Positions 1 through 10,000 of a DNA stretch of 64,000 nucleotides are shown in pieces (positions within the stretch are counted from its first letter, which is position 1; every line of letters begins with the position of its first letter). The notes beneath the pieces are model-generated. The model saw nothing but the letters and a program-made list of their open reading frames with translations. It searched no databases and was not told the origin of the DNA. The stretch lies in the NCBI GenBank assembly GCA_000002435.2, contig CM018790.1; one strand, given 5' to 3'. The stretch is from Giardia intestinalis. Taxonomy: Eukaryota. A program made the position numbers and the translations under genes.

Positions 1-1748
1 GAGTACTGCATGGCTTCTGTTAAGCTAGGCATAAGGCAGTATTTCTTATCCAAAGATGAAGGGATGGAGAGACTGAAGCCTGCCAGCACCTTATTAAGCG
101 ACGGCGTCAAAGGCACTGGCTTGAGAACAGATGTCGTCTGGGAAACCTGAAAATATTGCTGAATAGGTCGCAGAAGTCCAAAAAAGTACTGCATAAGTTC
201 TGTGGCCAGCGGCATCCCGGATTCATCTATTGCGTTCACCAAGGAAAAAATAAAGCTATAGCACTGCTTGAAGTCACGAGCATACAATAGAGACGAGAAT
301 GATACGTAATTCTCAACAAACTCAGCACTATACTGGCGACAAGCGCAGAGTACCTTATCGTATATCACCTGCATACTGGACGCTCCCCGGAGGAATGACG
401 TGATAACCTTCCTTGTCCACTTGGGGTAGTTCACCCCTAGGGATTCAAAGATAAGCTTGTTGTTATCGAGACCGTACCAGAGACTGAGGGGCTGTGCGGG
501 GGCTATGCAATGAATACCCCCTGCAATGATTGAGACAAATTGCGGGGCTGTAAACTGTGCCATAATGACTAGGGAAAATACATATTGACAGATCATGATC
601 TTATGTCTGGATGAGACAGAAAAGACATCCGGCTGGAGCGAGCTGAAGGAGAGGGAGGTGATAGGGAGGGAGGAGAGTAAGGTAGAAAAGATGGGCTGTT
701 CTGACTTTAGTGACATAACAAGGAGCTGACCCTGATTTGTGCCCAGCAACCAGTAGTCTGCTACAAACGGTGACACCGCCACCGCCGTAACGTAGGCCAA
801 CGAGTCGCGAGACACCGGTTGTGAAAGTGAAAATGTTCGTGTGTCCGACTTGGGTGAGCCAGTGTCAAGTCCAGTGACTTTGACAATGGAGCAGATAGAT
901 CCAGAACTGACGACAAGCGTTACGTCCTTCGGCCCATCGGATAATATGTATAGAGAGTTAATTTCAGACGAAAAACCACGCTTCAATACGATTGCAGGCA
1001 TGCCGCACGAAGAGGTGTCTAAGATCCGTACTAAATAAAAGAACTTATCGATGGAAAATGCCAAAAACTCCCTTCCAATTGCACAAGAACATAGATGCTC
1101 GGCAATATCCTCCTTGGACTTGGCCGCAGGAAACTTTGACGAAATGTTGCTTTGGTAGGATGCGACGAGCGTATCAAGAATATCGTGTGTGTCGGAAGTC
1201 CCGCATGTGTCTGGCCCTTTGCCGCTCACAGCAGCCACCGGATTGGTAGCGTCAGCCACTTCACTCCGGGTCGTCTGATTCTCAGAACAGCTCTGTCCTG
1301 CGTCGGACCTGACGCCCATCAAATATCCAGTCAGAGAAAGCATACCTTTCTTGATAAATTGCTTGTTTTCCAGTCTATACACTAGTAACTCGTTGGTTGT
1401 GCTGAGCAGGGCTATGTTATCCCCCAGATGCTCCAAGGGGTTTACTGCAAGAGTAGCAAACCGTATCTTTTTCTCAAATATTCCTGTGTCTATTGCTCCC
1501 AGGCAATAGGTGTTATCCTTGTATGATGCTTCTAAAAGGGAGTACCCAGACGGTGTAATAGTCATGATACCCCCCGTGTGTGTCTTGAAGGCAACAATGC
1601 CTGAGTCACCCTCCAAAAAAGCTTGAGTGGTAACAAAGATGCTGTGGAGGCTTTGTGTGGAAGTACGTAGATGCTCTGCACGGAAGAAGTCGTCATAAGG
1701 CGTCTCTGTTGCTGCCACAGAGCGGACTTGATGGGTGATAATGGACAT
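1..1748 (-). CDS. Hypothetical protein, partial (C-terminus beyond window start). ATG at 1748-1746; the frame stays open to position 3 (about 582 codons). Not in the ORF track because no stop lies inside the window.
   Basis: I translated the minus strand codon by codon from the ATG at 1748 down to position 3 and found no stop (N-terminus MSIITHQVRSVAATETPYDDFFRAEHLRTSTQ...). An in-frame upstream stop lies at 1835-1833. 1749-1877 is an AT-rich spacer before the next minus-strand gene. All plus-strand ORFs in 1-1800 are shorter than 90 aa. I recognise no domain. Confidence 0.55.
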   Translation of the reverse strand, partial: MSIITHQVRSVAATETPYDDFFRAEHLRTSTQSLHSIFVTTQAFLEGDSGIVAFKTHTGGIMTITPSGYSLLEASYKDNTYCLGAIDTGIFEKKIRFATLAVNPLEHLGDNIALLSTTNELLVYRLENKQFIKKGMLSLTGYLMGVRSDAGQSCSENQTTRSEVADATNPVAAVSGKGPDTCGTSDTHDILDTLVASYQSNISSKFPAAKSKEDIAEHLCSCAIGREFLAFSIDKFFYLVRILDTSSCGMPAIVLKRGFSSEINSLYILSDGPKDVTLVVSSGSICSIVKVTGLDTGSPKSDTRTFSLSQPVSRDSLAYVTAVAVSPFVADYWLLGTNQGQLLVMSLKSEQPIFSTLLSSLPITSLSFSSLQPDVFSVSSRHKIMICQYVFSLVIMAQFTAPQFVSIIAGGIHCIAPAQPLSLWYGLDNNKLIFESLGVNYPKWTRKVITSFLRGASSMQVIYDKVLCACRQYSAEFVENYVSFSSLLYARDFKQCYSFIFSLVNAIDESGMPLATELMQYFFGLLRPIQQYFQVSQTTSVLKPVPLTPSLNKVLAGFSLSIPSSLDKKYCLMPSLTEAMQY

Positions 1749-1877
1749 CGGTAGCAACCAGCTTTCTAATCTTTCTAGATTAAAAAATCCCCTTTTAAAT
1801 AAAAGGGTATCAGTGTTGTTCCTTTGTAGCTCTTACTCCTTCGCCTCTCTCAACTATCTGTAAGGACACCACTCAGT
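1749..1877 (-). promoter_or_regulatory. Short AT-rich spacer between two minus-strand genes; presumed core promoter/initiator of the 1748 gene plus the 3' end of the helicase gene
   Basis: 'ttaaaaaatccccttttaaataaaagggtat' lies between the stop at 1878 and the ATG at 1748. Diplomonad promoters are short AT-rich elements adjacent to the start codon (established knowledge). Confidence 0.3.
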
Positions 1878-4082
1878 TTACTCGACACCTTCTGCTGCCC
1901 AAGAGTCTAGATCTTCTGGGAAAAGTATCACTCCGTTATTCATTAGGTGATTGCAGTAGGCCTTGAGGGTCGGATCTTTCTCTAAAGTGATGGAGTTGCC
2001 TATGATTACCACAAGACGCTTCGCACGCGTAATCGAAACGTTCAGCCTGCGGATATCGCTTAAAAACCCAACGTCACCCTCATCATTGGAACGAACAAAG
2101 CTAATGATTATTATTTCTTTTTCCCTGCCCTGAAAGCCATCGACAGTGCTTACCTCTAGGCCTTTTGTCACATGCGCCTCCATGCGTCCTGCAAGCAGGC
2201 TCACTTGGGCTGTGTATGGACTGATGCATCCTATGACCGTCTGGGGAGTGCCCACCTTGGGCGAGCTGGAAAGAAGGGAAACGAAATAGTCTACCAATCT
2301 GACCACAATGTCTGCCTCGCCGTGGTTTAAAATACTGAGTTGGGGAAGCAGGGTTTGGCCGTCCTCTTCGCGAGTTTCCAAGAGGTTCATGCTGCAGGTA
2401 TCTACGAACAATTCCGTTGGATTCTTTGGGAGCGCATCGTCATCAACACAATTGAACCAATCTTCACCTAGAAAGTCTGCTAGTGAAATGTTTCTAACGG
2501 ATTCAGCTGGTACCAAGCGTCCCAGATAGAACTCTTCACTAGGAAAACGACATATTTGATGACAAAATCGATACTGCTGCTCGAGCATGACAAGAGGGCT
2601 TATCTTTGCTTCCTCGGAGACAATCTCCTCTGCCCTCTGAACTAGATTGCTGGTTATCCTGTTTAAAAAGGGCAGCGAAAACGTTTTGGAGTGCATGGCT
2701 CTGTCTGAGATGACTGTGGGTGGTAGCTGATTGGGGTCACCAGCCAGGACAAGCTTTCCCTTTGTGAGGAGTATCGCTCCCAAAAGAGAGACATCCAAGG
2801 CCTGGCTTGCCTCATCTACAAGCACAAAGTCAAATCCACCTGAGCTTTCTGCAGCACGAAGACATAGAGAGGTGGATGTCCCATTGAGTGTGCAGGCGAC
2901 TAAGCGAGCAGTAGCGAGAACCTGCTTCCCACAATCGCGTTGGCCAGAAAGCATATTATTTCTTGCAGCGTAAAACTCAGAGCGTGCCTCATACAGGGCC
3001 TTCTTATCTCCTGTTGTCTTAGTTTTAGCGCGAACTCGCTTATATGCTTGCTCAGCCTTTTGGAAATCAATCTTTGCACTGTGTAATTCTGACGCATAAT
3101 CAGTGAGTAGTTTGCTATCAAATAGAAATGGATAGACAGCTTCCGTTGTAGCGCGCGCCGGGGATCCCAGACGGAGAACCAAATCTGTCTTGCTCCCCAG
3201 CTTGCGGAGAGCAGCGCAAATACCCAATAGGAGATTGTCGGTGGCCGTGTTAGATGGGGCGCACACCAAGATTCGTATTTGCGGATTGTTAAGTAAACAG
3301 AGCGCAACACCTGCCGAAAGAGTTGTTGTCTTGCCGGTTCCGGCCGGCCCCCAAATTACGGAGAGAAAAGAGGATGCAGCCATACACCGCACCGCTTCCT
3401 TCTGCTTGCAATTCAACAACAAAGAGTCGGGAATACACAGCTCATGGCCCCACTGCTTAGGCGAAAGAGGCTCCAATTCCCTCTCTCCCAACAGAATTTC
3501 TGTGATCTTCCTGCGCACATGTCTCATCTCTGAAGACATCTCTACTCCTTTGTCCCAGGGCGCTCTGGATGCCTTAAAGTGCTCTATGTTGGCATGCAAG
3601 TACTTGAAGGTTAGATCGCTTCCGGCTCTAAAAACGACCAAGGGCTCAGCTGCCTCCAGATCTGCGATATCTATTTTGTCTTCAAGGCTGATTCCCACAG
3701 CTTTATCAGTGAAGGAAACAACGATGCCCTGGCAAATAAGTCTCAAACGCCCATCCAGAACAGCCACAATATCTCGCGGGTGGAACCCGCTAGCATCTGG
3801 TCCCAGGGGTGAGTTATGGCGACCCAGCTGGGCCACTGGAGTTCTACTACTCGCCATCACCTGGGATTGAAGAACTGTCAATCCCTTGACGGCATATCCC
3901 GCCTTTTGAAGAAGTCTCAATGGGGCGGTAGGCGCTGCTTGGAGAGAGGTAGCGAAAGCCTGAGACCCCTTATAAAAATCATAGCTAATTCCTGCGGGAG
4001 CCGGACAACGCTGGACCTCTTCTACTCGCTCTGCATCAATGCAAGCTTTCTGCTTGTCAATCCACTTATCCATCACATCCAT
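1878..4082 (-). CDS. Superfamily-1 helicase of the Upf1/IGHMBP2 (Smubp2)/Sen1 clade (AAA_11/AAA_12 type)
   Basis: 734-aa ORF starting at a true ATG. Walker A 'IWGPAGTGKTTTL' is preceded by 'LNCKQKEAVRCMAA' (the LNxSQxxAV motif of Upf1-like helicases). Also present: 'CAPSNTATDNLL' (Ia), Walker B 'VLVDEASQ', 'QYRFCHQICRFPSEEFY' (motif IV, QYRM-type) and 'TVDGFQGREKEIIIISFVRSN' (motifs V/VI). No Cys-rich CH domain, so it is not Upf1 itself. Confidence 0.8.
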   Translation of the reverse strand: MDVMDKWIDKQKACIDAERVEEVQRCPAPAGISYDFYKGSQAFATSLQAAPTAPLRLLQKAGYAVKGLTVLQSQVMASSRTPVAQLGRHNSPLGPDASGFHPRDIVAVLDGRLRLICQGIVVSFTDKAVGISLEDKIDIADLEAAEPLVVFRAGSDLTFKYLHANIEHFKASRAPWDKGVEMSSEMRHVRRKITEILLGERELEPLSPKQWGHELCIPDSLLLNCKQKEAVRCMAASSFLSVIWGPAGTGKTTTLSAGVALCLLNNPQIRILVCAPSNTATDNLLLGICAALRKLGSKTDLVLRLGSPARATTEAVYPFLFDSKLLTDYASELHSAKIDFQKAEQAYKRVRAKTKTTGDKKALYEARSEFYAARNNMLSGQRDCGKQVLATARLVACTLNGTSTSLCLRAAESSGGFDFVLVDEASQALDVSLLGAILLTKGKLVLAGDPNQLPPTVISDRAMHSKTFSLPFLNRITSNLVQRAEEIVSEEAKISPLVMLEQQYRFCHQICRFPSEEFYLGRLVPAESVRNISLADFLGEDWFNCVDDDALPKNPTELFVDTCSMNLLETREEDGQTLLPQLSILNHGEADIVVRLVDYFVSLLSSSPKVGTPQTVIGCISPYTAQVSLLAGRMEAHVTKGLEVSTVDGFQGREKEIIIISFVRSNDEGDVGFLSDIRRLNVSITRAKRLVVIIGNSITLEKDPTLKAYCNHLMNNGVILFPEDLDSWAAEGVE

Positions 4083-4274
4083 TCAAGCAGGCCGAACAGT
4101 ATTTGCAGTCCCCACAAGCACACGGTGCAGTCGCTCTGGGCAATAACTCTGAACGGAAATTTAAATGTGCATATTATTATATGCCACTATAGTTTTAACA
4201 ATAACTCTATATCATCGCAGTGAACCGCAGCGCCTTTGACCGGGTATCAGTGATATCAACTCTACTGCACACTG

Positions 4275-5882
4275 ATGACAGACAAGCAATATACCGTTGT
4301 AATAGAGGAACCAACTGCGAAGCTGTATCGCATTACAAATCCGGGAATTCAAATGAAGCCTCACGACTTCACGCTGGTCAAGCAAGAAGATGGCGACCGA
4401 CAGTTGATCTCCACCAACAAGCTTTATGAGGCAGCAAGCTGTGATTCAGTTGCCACTGGATATGAGTTCGATTACTACGTTGTGCGGATAAATGACGGAG
4501 ACAGCACAGTGACTCTTACACCAACTGTTCCTGTGTCTCTTTATTTGAACCCGGTGCACGAAGAAACCATAAAGCCTGTACTGCAGCGCACAGCTGACAA
4601 TAAGCTTCGGTCAAGTTGTTCGCTTCGCGAGGCGGTCAACTTCTTCACGACTCGCCAAGGGACCTTCAGTCAAAGTAAGCTTCAAGGAATGATAACAAGC
4701 ACCATGCTTTCGACGAGTAGCATTGCAGAGGCTGGCGGAGCCATCATTGCTCAGGAAAAGGCTAGGGGTTTCTGTAACGAGTATACAAATTATCCTCCAT
4801 TCAATCTTTCAGCTAGCCTGGCTAGTGATGTCTTCCCCATTCGCGGGCTATTGTGCATAAGTATCATAGACTACTGCAAAACGCACACCGGCTCTCTCTC
4901 GCGTGAGTATTGGAGCAACTATGTAAGAGAGGTATCGATGCCTAGGGATTTATCTGTGACTGCAAACTCAGACGCTACGCCCTCAGCTTCCGCACAAGGC
5001 GATAAGGCCGCTGCCACTGGTAGCTCAACCTCTAGCAGCTCTGACTCTGATGAAGACATCACTGTATCTGCTCTTCACAGCGCTGATCCTTCCGCCAAGG
5101 ACACGGACTCTATGCTAGAGCTTACCGAATTTGCTAAAAATGAACGAGAAAGGCTTTCTGTGTTAGGCTGCAACCAATTCGATGATACATTGAACAGACC
5201 ATTGTACATGAACAACATACACTATCAGGAAGAAGGTGGGGTATACTACTACACTATTACAGGGATTGTGAAAACCTGGAAACGTCGGGGTGCCATTGAC
5301 TATGACACCACCATCGAATCAAAGGATATAGTTCGCTTCTTGCGCGAGTTTGATTTCCGTTTCACCTATACTCGGTCCAGTATCGACGTATCCGATGGAC
5401 TTGCCATACAGCTACTAGAGCGGTACAGAGCAAACCTTTTGGCGTACGCAGCTGTTCCTGGCTATGACAGGTGTCGCCTCCACGACTTAGCATCTCTCTT
5501 ACTAGTCCTCTATGAGATGCTCTTGTATATAGCAGGCGCTGATAGATACTCTGTCCCCATTACAGAGTTCATCAGTGGTCGACTTGGGTGCAGCTTCAAG
5601 CCATCTACTGGCAGGGCTCGGGCTGTGAGAGACATACTGCCGCCATATGCATGTGCAATCATTTTGCATTTTGAGAACTATACAGTTGACCCGCAGGTAC
5701 TGTCCAAAGTCCTGCAGATTGACATCTTTGCTATCTGTAGACTTTGCACCAGCCTCTTCTGTAAGCGAACGGGCAAGGACAATCAGAGGTATCAGTTGAA
5801 GGCACCGGTTGTTAAGAGCGGAGAGATAATTAAAAAACGGCGTGGTTTACAGAGTATAGCACTCAAGAGATCAATGGTATAG
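4275..5882 (+). CDS. Hypothetical protein, 535 aa, with an internal Ser/Asp-rich acidic stretch
   Basis: Clean ATG ORF bounded by AT-rich spacers. No motif I can assign from sequence. Confidence 0.5.
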   Translation: MTDKQYTVVIEEPTAKLYRITNPGIQMKPHDFTLVKQEDGDRQLISTNKLYEAASCDSVATGYEFDYYVVRINDGDSTVTLTPTVPVSLYLNPVHEETIKPVLQRTADNKLRSSCSLREAVNFFTTRQGTFSQSKLQGMITSTMLSTSSIAEAGGAIIAQEKARGFCNEYTNYPPFNLSASLASDVFPIRGLLCISIIDYCKTHTGSLSREYWSNYVREVSMPRDLSVTANSDATPSASAQGDKAAATGSSTSSSSDSDEDITVSALHSADPSAKDTDSMLELTEFAKNERERLSVLGCNQFDDTLNRPLYMNNIHYQEEGGVYYYTITGIVKTWKRRGAIDYDTTIESKDIVRFLREFDFRFTYTRSSIDVSDGLAIQLLERYRANLLAYAAVPGYDRCRLHDLASLLLVLYEMLLYIAGADRYSVPITEFISGRLGCSFKPSTGRARAVRDILPPYACAIILHFENYTVDPQVLSKVLQIDIFAICRLCTSLFCKRTGKDNQRYQLKAPVVKSGEIIKKRRGLQSIALKRSMV

Positions 5883-6003
5883 CAATTTTGGTATCTCACT
5901 CTCATTTTTTACAAAACATGTCACCAGTGAGTCAATCTTGATTGTGTTTAACGAATAAAGTACTGTGAATAAATTCTTTTAGCAGGTGGTGGACGACTGA
6001 AAG

Positions 6004-6468
6004 TCATCCCAATCTTATGTAGATTTCGTGCTCCATGATATGGAAGAAGAAAATGCCAAGAGCGATGCCCAGTGCCAGTCCTGCGTGGAGAGTTTTCATG
6101 ATCTTAAAGTATAGAGGCGGGCGAATCCGACCCCTGCATCGCCTGATCAGCACGGGCATAACCATGATTCCAATGCCTGTCAAGGCGTCCAAGATCATCA
6201 TGATGAACGACCACCAACCGGCGTTAAATAGAGACTTCAAAGTAATCGCCTTATATGCCTTAACATCATAGATGTGATAAGTAGCTGCGACAAGAGCAAA
6301 TGCCGCCGCAATAATATGTATTGTTAAGAACGAAATTCGCAAGCCTTTGGCTCGGTGAGAAAGACACGGAACCCGAGTGAAGTGAATGTGAAGCTTTAGC
6401 CCCAAAAACACTCCTGTTAAGAGGACTAACACCGTACTTATGGCTGCCAACAACGATGAGACCTTCAT
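6004..6468 (-). CDS. Small multi-pass membrane protein (about 4 predicted TM helices), hypothetical
   Basis: 154-aa ATG ORF with four hydrophobic 20-25-aa segments (LLAAISTVLVLLTGVFLGL; ISFLTIHIIAAAFALVAATY; WWSFIMMILDALTGIGIMVMPVL; AGLALGIALGIFFFHI). It sits divergently opposite the ABCA gene across a 600-bp AT-rich spacer. Confidence 0.4.
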   Translation of the reverse strand: MKVSSLLAAISTVLVLLTGVFLGLKLHIHFTRVPCLSHRAKGLRISFLTIHIIAAAFALVAATYHIYDVKAYKAITLKSLFNAGWWSFIMMILDALTGIGIMVMPVLIRRCRGRIRPPLYFKIMKTLHAGLALGIALGIFFFHIMEHEIYIRLG

Positions 6469-7077
6469 TACTGCTCGTTAGATATTGGGTCTGGCTTGTA
6501 AGGGAGCAGGTGCCACCAATATTCCAAGTACGAGTATCAAATAATTAATTATAATTTTTACTCAACCAAAACACATCCAGGCTTCACAACTTAGCAATTG
6601 TGCACAGCAGCAATGCATCCCAGCTATGGATGAGAGCACTCTTCAATGTCAATACATAATTGAGAAAGCTCCTGAGAGGATGCCGGAACATAGGTCCATC
6701 ACTAGAGTGCACTAGTAAGGAAAAGGATTGTCAGCTATAGTACTCTATAGCTTTGCAAGTGTTCTTCTATGAAAGCAATAGACGAGGTAGAATAAGCAAT
6801 AAGTAGCTGGATATATCTCCTGGTAGCAATCACATTAGTACCTAGCAACTAATAATAAGTCCTTGTCTAACTTAGATAAATCTTGCTTTATGTACAGTTA
6901 TACAAACAATCACTATCTACATTAACAAGTGGCGTGTGATCACATTGACAACATGAAGACTATATAGCGGCAATAGACCATTACACGCAGTACTATTGCT
7001 TAGCTATTACGCCTACCAGTTCTTTGGATTGTCAATCCAGCCTTCAAATAGTTTCAAAATCTGTTATTTCAAAAATA

Positions 7078-10000
7078 ATGTACCCAGTGCTCCGGCTGTA
7101 TCTCAAGACGGCCAGAGCCCACCTTTGTCTCTACATCTGCATGATTGTCATGCCGGTCGTTGTGATGGCCGCTGTCGCGCTCTTCTTCTCGTTCGAGGAT
7201 AGACTGCAAAGCCCTAGCAGCGGCCTAGGCGAAGGGACTCTCCCGCGCCTCCCGTTGTGCAGGGACCTGCCTGGTTGCACGAGCCAGACCGTGTACCTTG
7301 CATTCTCCCCCGACACGATCGAAGCGCGCCGGGTCGTTGACAGACTCGCCCAACAGAACGGATTAGAGTCGGAGCGGATTGTTGCCGTAAAAGACCGCGC
7401 AACGATGCAGAGGCTTGTGGCCGGGAAGAATCTCGGCCCGAGCTTTGTCGATGACGTGATTGCGGCCAACCTGGGAGAGACGGTGCGGGGGCACCTCCTA
7501 GGCGCCGATGGCTCCCTTGCTTCAATCCTCACCCCGCGGGAGGTCCTTGCAGACAGGGGCGTCGTTGCAGAGATGCTTGACACAGCGTATGGGCTTAATG
7601 ACAGAACCCTGGATGCGTTCGATGACGAGTGGGCCGCGAGCATGGGACCGGCCGACAGCGTCTTCCTCGCGCTCGACCTAAACATCTCAAACCGGGAAGC
7701 GTCAGACATCCCGCAGGCCGTCCAGTACTCGCTCTGGTACAGCCAGGAGATGATGACCTGGTACGCTGTCAAACACCCTAGTCCACGGACAAGGTCCTCA
7801 ACGCCTAACTCGTACGCCATGTCGTATGTGTGGAGCCCGGTGTCCTTCAGCATTTTCGAGGCGATTCACAACGCCCTGACGGAAACCTTTATTGGCAAAA
7901 CCATTTCGTACAGCCTGGGAGAGTATCCGTTGCAAGGCTCGACGACCACCCTTGCTGGGATGCAGGCGTACATGATTCTCCAGCTTTCTATCTTCCTCGA
8001 GTGCATCCTGACCCTCATCTTCGCAGCGCACTTTCGCGGGCCCTTTCAGACCACGCTCCGCCGATTGGGTGTCTCGGAGTTCTGCATGTACGGGTTCACG
8101 TTTGGCACACTTTTGATCGCCAACCTCTTGGCATACGGACTTCTCTTTGGTGCTGGCTCGCTCTTCAAGTTGTTTCCCTTCTCGAGCTACACTCCTTCTC
8201 TTAACGCCCTTGTCAGCATCACCTTCGCCCTCATCACCACCGCCTCCGTGCTGCTCCTGCACATGCTCTTCTACAACACGTCGGTGGCAATTGCCTTTGG
8301 GACGGTGGCCCTGATTCTGCTCGTGGCGTTCCCCTTCCTGATCCTCCTCGAGCAACCAGACTACCCCACGATCTGGACACAACTTGCTATTCCAACCTGG
8401 CTGACAAAGGTCTTCTACGTCCTGTTTCCTCCCCTGGGGCTCGTTGCCATCTGCGACATGATGATAACGTTGAGACCGGAGCGTATGCTGACTCTTCTTG
8501 TTGGACAGAGCGCCAGCACGTACGGCCTTGAGCTCCTGTTTAATGACATAGATGGATATCATTCAAAGCACTTTTCGTGTCTAGGTACAATATTTATTGG
8601 TGTATCTGAGTGTACTTTTCAGCTTCCTTACCTTGGATCTCTTGTCGTCACGTCCCTGGTTCAGAGCACCCTAGCTCTTCCGCTGTTAACTCTGGTTCTC
8701 CTCTTCTGCAAGCATGAGCCAGGCTCACAAGGACTTCCCCTCAGCTTCCTCTGCAGCCGCAAGTTCTACCGTACAAGGCGCCCCAAGGACAACCCGGAGT
8801 TCCCCTTTCTGTCTGTCTCAGGGCTTCGGAAGACATACCGTAAGGCAAAGAGATGCACGGTCGTCAAGGAGGAGGCGCTGTGCGGGCTGGACTTGCACCT
8901 TGAGCAGGGAGAGGTCACGGGCCTCGTCGCGACAAGCGGCGGGGGAAAGTCCACAGCCCTGGGGATCATGGCTGGCGAACTGGCGCCCTCCGGCGGGCAG
9001 TGCGCAGGGCTCGGGCACGATCTCCTCTGTCCGTACACCGCACGGTCCCTGCGGGGGTTCATCTCGCTCTGTCCCCAGGAATGGAACAACATCTGGATCA
9101 ACCTCACTGTCAGGGAGAACGTTCTTCTGTGCGCAGAGATCCGGGCCAGGGTCACGGGCCGCCTCGGCGAGCTCCAGCACAGAAGCGAGTCTCTCGACGG
9201 ATACGTCGACGAACTCCTGAAGCGCCTCGGGTTGCACGACCACGCGCACAAGCAGGCGTCTGCCCTGTCTGGGGGGATGCTTCGTCGCCTGGCCCTTGCA
9301 AACGCAACGGCGGGAGGTCCGCGGCTGATACTTCTCGACGAGATTACGGTGGGCGTGGACCCGATCCTGAAGCGCCAGATCTGGGCGTACGTTCGCGCAC
9401 TGGTCACAGAAGGCGCCGCAGCAGTCCTGTCCTCCCACGACGCCAACGAGATAGCAGAGCTAGCCACTCGCGTTGTCGTGCTCAAGGCCGGTCGGACGCA
9501 GGCCGATGCCCCTGTCGTGCAACTCCTTGAGGAGCATGGAGACTACGTGGTCTCAGTGACGTCGGAAAGCCGCGACGCCATTTCACGAGTAGCGCTGCTG
9601 CTCTCGACGGAGCTAGGGACTCTGCTCGGAGTTGGCGCTAAAGAGCTAGGTGTTACAATGGACCCACGGCGTGCCAGCATATCCATCCCTGCAGCACTAG
9701 TCCCAGATGCACATGCTCTGGCGGGTCTGATACAGCACTGCCGCGCCTTCGAGAAACGAGAGGGCGTCCAGGTTGCCGTCTCACGGGCCCGGCTGGAGGA
9801 TGTCTTCGAGCACCTGCTGGATGGCGAAGACGACGCGCAGCCGGAGCCTCTGCGCTCAGTAACTCTGGACGAGGACAGAAAGCCCTCCGTGACGCGCCAC
9901 CTGCTGCTCCTCTTCCTCTCCCTGGACCTTCAAGAGCACTGCAGAAGCTTTGTTTCCATACTTGCTGCACTGACCGCCCTGTTTGTGCTAATTTGGATGG

